Assembly (NCBI GenBank): GCA_963700705.1
Contig: CAVOYQ010000022.1
Span: 38,218-102,217, forward strand
Reading direction: 5' to 3'
Length of the DNA stretch: 64,000 nucleotides
From: an uncultured Gammaproteobacteria bacterium
GTDB taxonomy: Bacteria > Pseudomonadota > Gammaproteobacteria > Xanthomonadales > SZUA-36
The translations under genes and the position numbers were made by a program. Each line of letters opens with the position of its first letter. The first letter of the stretch is position 1. The notes beneath the pieces are model-generated. The model was given only the letters and a program-made list of their open reading frames with translations. It did no database searches and was not told the origin of the DNA. Of this stretch, positions 20,234 through 29,316 are shown piece by piece.

Positions 20234-20869
20234 TCATGATTTGTCCAGGCTGAAATCGATGACCTGGGTGGCGCGCCGTTCCACGGCGATTCCGTTTACC
20301 ACCCGGGGTTTGAATTTCCACTTGAGAATGGCGCGGATCGCTTCACGGTTGAACACCCTTGGAGGATCCGATTCGATCACCTCCGGATCCGTTACAGTAC
20401 CGGTTTCGGTGATCGTGAACTCCACTTTCACCCAACCCTCGGTGCCGGACAGGGCGGCCTCGCGGGGATACATCGGCCTGATCACCACGACGGGAATGAT
20501 TTCGCCTTCAGCCGCCTGGTCTGACTGCTTGAAATCTCCAATGTACATGCCGGTGCCGGCGACCAGGGGCACATCGATATCCGGAATGTCGATCCGGGGC
20601 AGGTCCTGCATCTGCCGCTCCATTTTGGCTGACTGCATTTTCGGCGGTGGCGGCGTTTCCTTCGGCGGTGGCGGCCTGGGCAGCCGGCGACGGCTCCGGG
20701 TCTGCACTTCATCCGGAATTTCGACCGGGCCAAAGTGAACACCCGCGATCGCATCCCGTTCAACAGGATCGTCGGCCCCCAAAGATATCAACTTTTGCAT
20801 GCCCAGGAATAAACCGAAAGTCACTCCGGCCGCTGCAATGGTTGCAAGCCCCGCACGCAGGACGTTCAT
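20234..20869 (-). CDS. tonB: Energy transducer TonB
   Basis: N-terminal TM, Pro-rich spacer (RRRLPRPPPPKETPPPPK) and TonB C-terminal domain (YPREAALSGTEGWVKVEFTITETG). Confidence 0.9.
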   Translation of the reverse strand: MNVLRAGLATIAAAGVTFGLFLGMQKLISLGADDPVERDAIAGVHFGPVEIPDEVQTRSRRRLPRPPPPKETPPPPKMQSAKMERQMQDLPRIDIPDIDVPLVAGTGMYIGDFKQSDQAAEGEIIPVVVIRPMYPREAALSGTEGWVKVEFTITETGTVTDPEVIESDPPRVFNREAIRAILKWKFKPRVVNGIAVERRATQVIDFSLDKS

Positions 20870-20900
20870 TTGGTTTGTATCCTGTCATGCGTGTCAGGAT

Positions 20901-21311
20901 TCATTCCGAGTCCCCCGGCCGCCGGGCGGAAATCGCGACACCTTCGACGCCGGCGAGCCTGACCTGGTCGATAACTTCGGTCACGGTTCCGATTCGCGAA
21001 CCCCTGTCTGCGACGACTACCACGCCACCCTCGGGATTTTCGGCCCTGGCGCGCTCAACCATCTGCCTGACCTCGCGCAATTCAATTTGCTGTTTTTCCA
21101 TCCAGATCTCGTTATTGGGCCTGATTCCAATCAGGATGGTTCCGTTCGACAGCGCCGTCGCCTGCTCAGCTTCGGGCCTGGAAATGAATGTACCGGTTTC
21201 CTTGGTAAAAGACGTGGTAACGATAAAAAAAATCAGCATGATGAATACAACATCCAGCATGGGCGTGATATTGATTTCGGTTTCTTCGATGTGTGCATGC
21301 CTTCGGGCCAT
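20901..21311 (-). CDS. exbD: Biopolymer transporter ExbD
   Basis: 136 aa; EINITPMLDVVFIMLIFFIV motif. Confidence 0.9.
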   Translation of the reverse strand: MARRHAHIEETEINITPMLDVVFIMLIFFIVTTSFTKETGTFISRPEAEQATALSNGTILIGIRPNNEIWMEKQQIELREVRQMVERARAENPEGGVVVVADRGSRIGTVTEVIDQVRLAGVEGVAISARRPGDSE

Positions 21312-21356
21312 GCTTCGTCCTCAATCCCGGCCTCCTGCAGGAGGCACGCGAAATCA

Positions 21357-21881
21357 TCAATGGCGTTGCAACAGGTCTTCCAGTTGTTCTGTTTCGAGCC
21401 GCGCCTTGTGCTCCAGCCAGGTTCCGAACCAGACGCCCGAGAGCGCGGCCACCATGCCGGCCATGGTCGGAACCGTCGCCATCGACACCCCGCCGGCCAT
21501 CGCACGGGCGCTACCGCCGCCGCTGAAGCTCATCACGTCGAACACGGCGATCATCCCGGTCACGGTCCCAAGCAACCCCAGCAAGGGGCAAATGGCAATC
21601 AATACCCTGATCAGCCCCACGTTCTGTCCGAGTTCCAGAGATGCCTGCGAAACCAGCCCCTGCCTGATCCGCCTGGCGTACCAGGAAGTCGAATCCAGCC
21701 TGGATTCCCAGGTGGCCAGGATGGACGATTTCCGGGCCGGGTAGACCCTGTACAAATACCATAGGCGTTCAAATATCAAGGTCCACATCAGCAGCATGAC
21801 CCCCATGATTCCCCACAGGACACCGCCGCCGAGTTCCATGAAGTCCCGGACGGCGCCGATCGCTTCGTAGAACCAGCTCAT
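21357..21881 (-). CDS. exbB: MotA/TolQ/ExbB proton-channel protein (short ExbB)
   Basis: 174 aa, 3 TM, conserved GLLGTVTGMI motif. Confidence 0.85.
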   Translation of the reverse strand: MSWFYEAIGAVRDFMELGGGVLWGIMGVMLLMWTLIFERLWYLYRVYPARKSSILATWESRLDSTSWYARRIRQGLVSQASLELGQNVGLIRVLIAICPLLGLLGTVTGMIAVFDVMSFSGGGSARAMAGGVSMATVPTMAGMVAALSGVWFGTWLEHKARLETEQLEDLLQRH

Positions 21882-23227
21882 TCGCGTTGCTCTGCGATCC
21901 TGGCGATCATGCCGGCAGCCTGTTCTTCCAGGACCTGGATCAATGCCCTCGATTTACCCTGCAGGAAGGCATGAAGCAGGGTCAGGGGAATCGCCACGAC
22001 CAGGCCCAGAACCGTTGTCACGAGGGCGGTGGAAATGCCGCCCGCCATCATCCTGGGGTCTCCCGTACCGAACATTGTGATCATCTGGAACGTGGCAATC
22101 ATGCCGACCACGGTGCCCAGCAATCCGAGCAAAGGCGCGACCACGTAGAGCACCTTGATGAAACCCAGGCCGGTTTCAAGCGGCGCCGTCTCACGCAGTA
22201 TCGCTTCATCAAGCTTGAGTTCCAGCGTTTCGACATCCACTTCCGGATTGTCCAGGTAAACCGCCAGCACCCGGCCCAGTGGATTCCGCCTGTCGGCCTC
22301 GTCCGAATGCAGCTGGCGCTCGATCCTGCCGCCTGCCGTGTAAAGCAGGAATGCTTTCCAGAGGCACAACAATAACCCGATCACACCCACCCCGATAATC
22401 ACGTAACCGACCGGGCCGCCGTCTTCCCGGACCCGCTCCAGGGGGGTCCTGGACTGCACCACGGCGCGCAGGATCTGCCCCCGCGTAAAATCCACGGACA
22501 TCGCAACAGTCTCTCCCGGATAGGCGCTTTGCAGTTCATCGGCCATGTGCGAGAAACGGGCGGCGGGTTGCCGGGCCAGCTCGATGAAGTTGTCCCGGCT
22601 CTTGCGAATATCCCAGTCCAGGAAGATTCCATCGGACACTGCGTTGAATACGCCGAGCCTGACGATTTCAAGCGTCTCCTTCTGACCATCGGTTCTTTCG
22701 ACCGGCGCCCGGAACTTCACGACTTTTCCGGATTCGGCGATCTCGGTCACCATGGCTGACCAAAGCGCCCTGAGTTCCGGTATTGTCGGTAGTTCCCGGC
22801 GCTCCGCCAGTTCAGCAAGAAACCGGGTCCGGCCCGGTCTTTGCGCGTTTACCATGGAATCTTCCAATACGGCCTGGACATCGCCGGATGCCTGGCGAAC
22901 AATTCCGAACAGTTCACCCAGGTTACCCATGCGCTCGGCCAGCGTGGTTTCCAGGTCAGCCAGGGCCCTTTCGTTCCGGTCATATTCCACCCTGAGGAGA
23001 TCGGATCGCGCGTTTTCATCCTCCAGTTCCCGGCGTGCTTGCGCCAGCAACTCGCGCTGGCTGTCGCGTTCCCGGATAAAACGGGCTTCACGCTCCTGGT
23101 TGATTTGCGCCTCGCTGCTGGCTGCCTGGCGGATCGTTTCCGCCAATTCATCCAGTGTCTGGGCACTTGCCGGTACCGCAAGAACCGGTAAAACAGCCGC
23201 GAGCAACAACCAGGCTGCCTTGTTCAT
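21878..23227 (-). CDS. Long MotA/TolQ/ExbB family protein (TtpC-like)
   Basis: 449 aa with signal peptide, long periplasmic coiled-coil N-domain and C-terminal ExbB-like channel (PLLGLLGTVVGMI). Confidence 0.85.
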   Translation of the reverse strand: MNKAAWLLLAAVLPVLAVPASAQTLDELAETIRQAASSEAQINQEREARFIRERDSQRELLAQARRELEDENARSDLLRVEYDRNERALADLETTLAERMGNLGELFGIVRQASGDVQAVLEDSMVNAQRPGRTRFLAELAERRELPTIPELRALWSAMVTEIAESGKVVKFRAPVERTDGQKETLEIVRLGVFNAVSDGIFLDWDIRKSRDNFIELARQPAARFSHMADELQSAYPGETVAMSVDFTRGQILRAVVQSRTPLERVREDGGPVGYVIIGVGVIGLLLCLWKAFLLYTAGGRIERQLHSDEADRRNPLGRVLAVYLDNPEVDVETLELKLDEAILRETAPLETGLGFIKVLYVVAPLLGLLGTVVGMIATFQMITMFGTGDPRMMAGGISTALVTTVLGLVVAIPLTLLHAFLQGKSRALIQVLEEQAAGMIARIAEQRE

Positions 23228-24009
23228 TGCGAAGCCTCCTCCGGACCGGGCACCGGCAGCATGACCAGGTTTGGTGCTTTCTCATTCCTCGCTATGGCCA
23301 GGCCGTTTTTCACTTCGAAGCGGAAACGGTCGTCATCCAGCTCTTCGAACTGACGGGTGGCGGGGTTGAACCAGCCGGTCACCGACTGGTCGCTGGCCTG
23401 GTAGACCAACAGCACCCGGCCAACCCGCAAAAAATCCACGGTCTGGCCTGTCGTTGGCAACACGTCCGAGTAAGCTTCGGTCGTCCGGCCAAATTCCAGT
23501 TCGCCCTGGTAGGCTTCCATGACCCGGCGGTATTTTTCCGACGCTGTGACTTCCGCCTGGTCCATCATCGCCTGCAGACGTTGAACCCGGGCGCGCCGTT
23601 CACCGAGTCGAAACGGGATGTCCGCTGCAACAATCCGGTCCAGTGCCGAGATCATCTCGAGCATCAGGGGCACGACGCCGCGGTTGGTCTGTTCAAGCCC
23701 CTCCAGTTGGCGGTTGATCGATTCGACTTCGTTGCGCTGGTCGTTGACCACCTGCTCGAGGTTGTCGTTGTAGATCTTCAGGCTTTCGGTTTCCCGCACG
23801 ACGGACCGGTACTCGATCAACAGATCCTCTGATTGCCGGGCCAGGTCCGACACCCGGGACTGGGTTGCCGCGGAATTTTCATTGATCTGCTTTTCCGCTT
23901 CTACAAATGAGTCCAGGCCCTGGGCCGATAGCGTGGTGAGCGGTTGCAACACAACGGCGAAAACGCCCAGCGTCAGCAGGATTGACCGGTGTATCAGTTG
24001 ACTCGGCAT
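23224..24009 (-). CDS. DUF3450-type periplasmic coiled-coil protein (TtpB-like)
   Basis: 261 aa with signal peptide and coiled-coil. First gene of the TonB2-type operon; 4-nt overlap with the next gene. Confidence 0.75.
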   Translation of the reverse strand: MPSQLIHRSILLTLGVFAVVLQPLTTLSAQGLDSFVEAEKQINENSAATQSRVSDLARQSEDLLIEYRSVVRETESLKIYNDNLEQVVNDQRNEVESINRQLEGLEQTNRGVVPLMLEMISALDRIVAADIPFRLGERRARVQRLQAMMDQAEVTASEKYRRVMEAYQGELEFGRTTEAYSDVLPTTGQTVDFLRVGRVLLVYQASDQSVTGWFNPATRQFEELDDDRFRFEVKNGLAIARNEKAPNLVMLPVPGPEEASQ

Positions 24010-24088
24010 GGGCGGTTCACGTTGTTCATCTCAGGAGTGAGGTTGGGGAATATTTGATGAATTATACACAGGAGCGATAATGGTCTAA

Positions 24089-24330
24089 CCCGCATATTGC
24101 ACCAAGGATCCGGAATTTACAGGGTAGCTGGTAAAACAGTTTGTTCGATCGTTCGAAATACCATAGCCGTAGCTATGGTTTGAGAAGGATCGGGCAAAAT
24201 GTGAAGCCAGATGCGCTGTAAAACCGGATAGGACAAAGTGTAATCGCAGGTAAGCTGCAAAATCCATGCTAAGGTATTCTATGAAAAAAGGATTCATCAA
24301 TCTCCGGGCCGCCTTGGTGCAATATGCGGG
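24089..24330. repeat. 242-bp low-GC non-coding element bounded by perfect 19-bp inverted repeats
   Basis: CCCGCATATTGCACCAAGG (24089-24107) is the exact reverse complement of CCTTGGTGCAATATGCGGG (24312-24330). Internal 7-bp-stem hairpin CCATAGC-CGTA-GCTATGG at 24161-24178. Visibly more AT-rich than its flanks. Its only ORF (91 aa) looks non-coding. Confidence 0.8.
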
Positions 24331-24363
24331 CTGAGCTGCTGATCGGCAGCGCGGGATCAATCA

Positions 24364-24802
24364 GTGTTCACAGGCCCTAAAAATACCGAACGGTCCGGCA
24401 GCCCCTGCGGCCTGCTCCGGCGTCTTGCGATCATGTTTTACGATGGCATCATCGTGATCTCGTTGCTGATGCTTGCGACCTTGCTTGCCATGCCGGCCGG
24501 TTTGGGAGGGCGGACCGCCATGAAGGATCCGGTTTACACCGGCGTACCTGTTTGCGGTCTGGTTTCTGTATCTCTCCTGGTGCTGGCACAGGGGTGGAAT
24601 GACCGTCGGCATGCGGGCATGGCGCGTAAGAATCGAGGACAGAGAGGGGCATAAACCGGGTTGGGGAGCCTCCGCGATCCGTTTCCTGGTTTCACTGGTT
24701 TCCACCGCGATAGCCGGTCTGGGCTTTCTCTGGTCGCTGTTTGATCAAGGCAAACGCACCTGGCACGACATTTTGAGCGGAACCCGCCTGGTCAGGTATT
24801 AG
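24364..24802 (+). CDS. RDD-family membrane protein, one frame break
   Basis: ORF 24364-24654 (GLLRRLAIMFYDGIIVISLLMLATLL) and ORF 24599-24802 (GGMTVGMRAWRVRIEDREG...WHDILSGTRLV) together make an RDD protein. Frame break near 24541-24548. I recall an RDD gene next to lptG in Pseudomonas (memory only, not checked). Confidence 0.7.
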
Positions 24803-24963
24803 TGGCCTGTAACAGAGAAATCGAAAGCGCCTGGCTCGGTCTGATGGCGTCTGGCTTGATCTTCACTCTGCCGATAGCTACGGCTATCGACCTCGCTCCA
24901 GACCTGCGCCAACCACCACCATCCCTTCGTCATCCGTCTTCCGCTTCCTCTGTTACAGGCCAC
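24802..24963. repeat. 162-bp element bounded by perfect 16-bp inverted repeats; related to the 24089-24330 element
   Basis: GTGGCCTGTAACAGAG (24802-24817) is the reverse complement of CTCTGTTACAGGCCAC (24948-24963). Internal hairpin CGATAGC-TACG-GCTATCG (24872-24889) has the core ATAGCTACGGCTAT, the exact reverse complement of ATAGCCGTAGCTAT in the first element. Adjacent GTGAAG...CCAGAYGC similarity. Confidence 0.75.
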
Positions 24964-25008
24964 CAGCGGCCTTCGATGGGCCTGCCGCAGACTGTGGTGG
25001 GGCCGTGA

Positions 25009-26094
25009 TCAGACGGATCGGCGCAATATGGCGATCGCTACGAACACCAGCACCAGGATGGGAATCAGAAGCATCAGCAGTGGCGGAAATTCGTAAACTG
25101 CACCCAGTTTCTGCAGAGCGCGGCTCACGATCATGAAAATTCCGCCCAACGTCATCCCGAAGAAAAGACGCACACCGGTGTTTTGCGACCTGGCCTGGCC
25201 GAACACGAAGGGCATTCCCGCCAAAACCAGGGCCAGAACCGTGAATGGGAAAAGGGCTTTTTCCCACAGCACGGCGAGGTAGGCGGTGTCGTCGAGGCCG
25301 TTCTCTTCGAGGTATTGCAGGTACTCCCACAGGGATCTCGCAGACAGGTACTTGGGCCGTGTCACGGCGGAATCCAGTAATTCAGGCCGCACTTCGGTCA
25401 ACCAGTCGGCCGACTCAGTGCGTGTCACCGATGCACCCTGGTCCGTGAATTCCACGGCGGCGACCTGCTCCAGTTTCCAGCCCTTGCCATCATGGGTTGC
25501 GCTCTGGGCACGCGTGATGGACTGCAAGTCGGCCCTGTCCGAAAAGCGATAGATGACGATATTCTGGAAATCAACCGACTGCTGCCCGCGGTCCGCCACC
25601 AGGATCGGGCGCTGGATATTTACAAAATCCGCACCGTCGCGAATCCACATGCCGCCAGGCCCCCCGATAATGGCCTGCCCCACCAGTTCACTCAGTCTGA
25701 AAGCACGGGCCTGCTGCTCCGCTGCGGGAGCTACCCACTCACCCATGATCATCACCGGGATGGTCAGCATCAGGGTGCCGGCCAGCGCTGCAACCGCCAG
25801 TCTCAAACGGGAAATGCCGGAAGTCCGGAACGCAACGAGTTCATTGGCAGCGGCCAGGCCGCCGACGCCCAACAGGGCGCCAAGCAATGCCGAGACCGGA
25901 AAGATCTGATAGGCCAGCCGCGGCGTTGTCAGGGCCAGCACCCATAGCGCGTCCAGGGTTCCGTAATCGTTCTCCACGGAACGCAATTCATCCAGCAGGC
26001 TGAGCAAAAGAAACAACGTGGTCAAAACGCACCACACGGCAAAAGTGCCCAGCAGGGCAGCGCGGCCGATATACAGGTCAACCAGTTTTACCAT
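25009..26094 (-). CDS. lptG: LPS export ABC permease LptG
   Basis: 361 aa polytopic protein, MVKLVDLYIGRAALLGTF..., downstream of lptF. Confidence 0.9.
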   Translation of the reverse strand: MVKLVDLYIGRAALLGTFAVWCVLTTLFLLLSLLDELRSVENDYGTLDALWVLALTTPRLAYQIFPVSALLGALLGVGGLAAANELVAFRTSGISRLRLAVAALAGTLMLTIPVMIMGEWVAPAAEQQARAFRLSELVGQAIIGGPGGMWIRDGADFVNIQRPILVADRGQQSVDFQNIVIYRFSDRADLQSITRAQSATHDGKGWKLEQVAAVEFTDQGASVTRTESADWLTEVRPELLDSAVTRPKYLSARSLWEYLQYLEENGLDDTAYLAVLWEKALFPFTVLALVLAGMPFVFGQARSQNTGVRLFFGMTLGGIFMIVSRALQKLGAVYEFPPLLMLLIPILVLVFVAIAILRRSV

Positions 26095-26097
26095 GGC

Positions 26098-27189
26098 TCA
26101 ACCCATCCCCACCATGCGGCCCTGGCGCCGTAACCAGACCAGGCTGATAACGAGGGTCAGCAGGTGTATCCACCACAGACCGATCGAGATGGGCATGTCG
26201 CCTTTCAACAGCCAGTTCCGGCACATATAAAGCGTGTTGACGTAGACGATATAGGCAAGGATACCGAGCAGGACACGGCCGCCACGGCCTTCCTTGGGTG
26301 CCGAATGTGCCAGCGGGATGGCCATCAGTCCCAGCACAAAGACCGCCAATGCGGGCGCAATCCGCCACTGGATTTCAACCACGTCTTCCACCGCAGCCGA
26401 GAAAAGTATCTCACCGCTTTTTTTTGCTTCCGTCGGTTCCGGTTTGACCCGGCTTTCCTGTTCCGGCAGCTTGGTATCGTTGCGCGAAAAATGCATGATC
26501 CCGAAATCGAGCGTATCCGCCCCACCCTCGGTGACCTGCCCGTTCTCGAGCGTCAGGAAACGCCCCCCGGTATTTTTGTCCAGCCAGTAGTAGCCTTTTT
26601 CCGCGCTCCAGATTTGCTCTCGTCCTTTGTGGGTCAGCTGGATGAAGACGTTTTTGAGGGTGCGGCCGTCCTTCTCCACCGCTTCAACGTACAAAACCAG
26701 GTCCCCGTCCCGTAAAACGTGAAAAGTGCCGGCCTGCAACCCCCACTCGGCGGCATTCCGGAAAGCTTCCAGCAACTTCTGCTGGGTCGTGGACGCGGCC
26801 AGGGGCGCCACGAACAAACCCAGCGCCAGCAATGCGGCCGAAATCGGCATCAGCAGGTTGAACAGGGGACGCAACATCATTTGCCACCTGAAACCGCTGC
26901 ATCTCATCACCGACATTTCCTGGTCCCGGTAAAGCCGGCCCAGACCCCAGATGACGGAAATAAAGACGCTCAGGGGAACGATGGTTCCGAGAACCTGAGG
27001 CATTTTCAGGGCAATCAGGGTCCAGAGCAGGCCGGCGGGTACTCGTCCCCCGGCAATGTCATTGAGCAGTTCACCCAATGCTACTCCGATCATGACAATC
27101 AACAGCACGACCGTCACAGCCAGAAAAGTCCAAAGCCATTCGCGGAAAATATATTTCTGCAGGATATTCAGGATGACCTCATTGCGCAT
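26098..27189 (-). CDS. lptF: LPS export ABC permease LptF
   Basis: 363 aa, ILQKYIFREWLWTFLAVTVVLL; divergent from pepA as in many gammaproteobacteria. Confidence 0.9.
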   Translation of the reverse strand: MRNEVILNILQKYIFREWLWTFLAVTVVLLIVMIGVALGELLNDIAGGRVPAGLLWTLIALKMPQVLGTIVPLSVFISVIWGLGRLYRDQEMSVMRCSGFRWQMMLRPLFNLLMPISAALLALGLFVAPLAASTTQQKLLEAFRNAAEWGLQAGTFHVLRDGDLVLYVEAVEKDGRTLKNVFIQLTHKGREQIWSAEKGYYWLDKNTGGRFLTLENGQVTEGGADTLDFGIMHFSRNDTKLPEQESRVKPEPTEAKKSGEILFSAAVEDVVEIQWRIAPALAVFVLGLMAIPLAHSAPKEGRGGRVLLGILAYIVYVNTLYMCRNWLLKGDMPISIGLWWIHLLTLVISLVWLRRQGRMVGMG

Positions 27190-27341
27190 GAAAAAATTGG
27201 CCGGGGCTGCAGTTTAGCAGTATTCCGCTCATTCAAAAATCAAAGCCTAATTCAGCGGGAATTTCTAGTAGAATGCCGTTTTCAATTTTCATAAATGGCC
27301 GTAAATCCATTTTCGGCACATTAAAACTCTAAGGACCATCC

Positions 27342-28832
27342 ATGAAACTGAACCTGGACAATAATCCACCTGTCGGCATTACTTCGGGATGTCTCGTGAT
27401 CGGTGTGACCGATGGCGGGAGCCTGTCGCCCGCCGCGACCGCCATTGATGAAGCCAGCGGGGGTGCAATCAGCCGGATGTTGAAGGACGGGGACATTGAT
27501 ACCGGACTGGCAAAAACCACTTTTCTGCACGACCTTCCCGGCCTGGCGGCCCGGCGGGTTTTGGTCACAGGTTTCGGAAAGCCTGAAAAATTAACTCTTG
27601 CCCGATTCGACCGGGGCTGCCTCGCAGCCGGCAAGGCGCTGCGTGACCATCCGCTGAAGGACTGCCATGTTTGTATCCATGACCTCGAGTTTGCCGGACT
27701 GGGGATAGAGCAGCGACTGAAACAGGCTGCCCTGGCGATTCACCGGGCCAACTACCTCTACACGGCGACCAAGCCCCAAAAAGAAGATTCCCCGGCACCC
27801 TTGCGTTCCGCATCATTCCAGGGTGGGGAGGAACTCAAATCCGCACTTGACGTCGCCGAGGCTTTCGCATCGGGTTTCGAAAAAGCCAAAAACCTTGGCG
27901 ACCTGCCTCCGAACATCTGCAACCCCGCTTACCTCGCCCAGGAAGCCGCCGGCATTGCACGTCAGTACAAACGTGTCGAACTGGAAGTCCTGGAAGAAGA
28001 TGACATGGCCAAGCTGGGTATGGATGCTTTGCTCGGGGTTTCCAGGGGCAGTGCGAACCGCGCCCGGTTCATTGTCCTCAATTACTCCGGCGGGAAAGCC
28101 GGCCAGTCCCCGGTCGTTTTGATCGGAAAAGGCGTGACCTTCGATTCCGGCGGATTGTCCCTCAAGTCCGGCGAAAACATGATGCAGATGAAATTCGACA
28201 TGTGCGGCGCGGCAGGCGTGCTCGGTGCCTTTGTCGCGTGTGTCAAACTGCAAATGTCCCTGAACGTGATCTGTATCGTGGCGGCCGTGGAAAACATGCC
28301 GGACGGTGATGCCTACCGCCCGGGAGATGTGATCACCAGCATGTCAGGCAAAACCATCGAAGTGCTCAATACCGATGCGGAAGGCCGCCTGGTCCTGTGC
28401 GACGCGATCACCTACTGTCAGAAATTCAACCCCGACGTGATCATTGACGTCGCGACGCTTACAGGCGCCTGCGTGGTTGCCCTGGGCCACCATGCGACCG
28501 GACTGATCAGCAACGATGACGAACTTGCGGATGGCCTGCTCGCCGCCGGCAATGCGGTGGTCGACCGCGCCTGGAGGCTGCCGCTGTGGGAAGAATACCA
28601 GTCCCAGCTGGACAGCCCGTTTGCCGATATGAAAAACGTCGGCGGAATGCCGGCCGGTGTGTTGACCGCTGGCTGCTTTCTCTCGCGATTTGCAGAAGAC
28701 CAGCGTTGGGCGCACCTGGATGTCGCCGGTTCCGCCTGGAAATGGGGCGGTGATGAAGGCGCCTCCGGCAGACCGGTCGGCTTGCTGGCCCAATATCTTC
28801 TCGATCGTTCGAATCCCGCAAGTGGCCAATAG
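27342..28832 (+). CDS. pepA: Leucyl aminopeptidase PepA
   Basis: 496 aa with M17 signature NTDAEGRLVLCD and VIGKGVTFDSGG. Confidence 0.95.
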   Translation: MKLNLDNNPPVGITSGCLVIGVTDGGSLSPAATAIDEASGGAISRMLKDGDIDTGLAKTTFLHDLPGLAARRVLVTGFGKPEKLTLARFDRGCLAAGKALRDHPLKDCHVCIHDLEFAGLGIEQRLKQAALAIHRANYLYTATKPQKEDSPAPLRSASFQGGEELKSALDVAEAFASGFEKAKNLGDLPPNICNPAYLAQEAAGIARQYKRVELEVLEEDDMAKLGMDALLGVSRGSANRARFIVLNYSGGKAGQSPVVLIGKGVTFDSGGLSLKSGENMMQMKFDMCGAAGVLGAFVACVKLQMSLNVICIVAAVENMPDGDAYRPGDVITSMSGKTIEVLNTDAEGRLVLCDAITYCQKFNPDVIIDVATLTGACVVALGHHATGLISNDDELADGLLAAGNAVVDRAWRLPLWEEYQSQLDSPFADMKNVGGMPAGVLTAGCFLSRFAEDQRWAHLDVAGSAWKWGGDEGASGRPVGLLAQYLLDRSNPASGQ

Positions 28833-28843
28833 ACGAACCAGCG

Positions 28844-29284
28844 ATGAACGACAGCTGCCAAGTTGATTTCTACGTTCTGGCCAGCGCGGAACAGTCCGCG
28901 AATCACATTGCGTGCCGCCTGGCCATGAAAGCCTGGGAACAGGGTCACCGTGTCATGGTACTTGCAGCGGATGAAAACGAGGCTTCACTGCTGGACGTGA
29001 TCATGTGGGATTTTCCGGTGGGAAGGTTTCTTCCTCATTCAAGAGGGGCCGGAGATGAAGACACACCTGTCAGCATTAGCGTCCATGGGACAGAGATCCC
29101 GGACGGCCGTGACGTTGTGATCAACATGGCGGATCAGCCCGTGTCCGAGCCCGGCCGCTTCAAACGCCTGCTGGAAATCGTTCCGGGCGCTGAAAAGCAG
29201 CGCCTGGCCTCACGCCAGAAATTCCGCGTATACCGGGAACAGGGGCTGGAGCCGTCGACCCACAGTATGGGCCCTGGCCGCTGA
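28844..29284 (+). CDS. holC: DNA polymerase III chi subunit
   Basis: 146 aa, [31 protein letters not shown]; pepA-holC-valS synteny. Confidence 0.85.
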   Translation: MNDSCQVDFYVLASAEQSANHIACRLAMKAWEQGHRVMVLAADENEASLLDVIMWDFPVGRFLPHSRGAGDEDTPVSISVHGTEIPDGRDVVINMADQPVSEPGRFKRLLEIVPGAEKQRLASRQKFRVYREQGLEPSTHSMGPGR

Positions 29285-29316
29285 CACACTTGAAATCAAC
29301 ACCAGTGACGAACAAC

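Noticed and set aside
24085-24360. 91-aa ORF inside the first inverted-repeat element, and a 17-codon ORF (MKKGFINLRAALVQYAG)
   Set aside because: Both ORFs owe their ends to the terminal inverted repeats. There is no convincing RBS or coding-like composition. They are treated as non-coding.
24802-24963. Inverted-repeat element as an integron attC site, a dif site or a giant terminator
   Set aside because: The termini lack the attC core sites (RYYYAAC / GTTRRRY) and a dif-like sequence. No integron integrase is nearby. A 16-bp stem closing a 130-nt loop with no T-tract is not a terminator.
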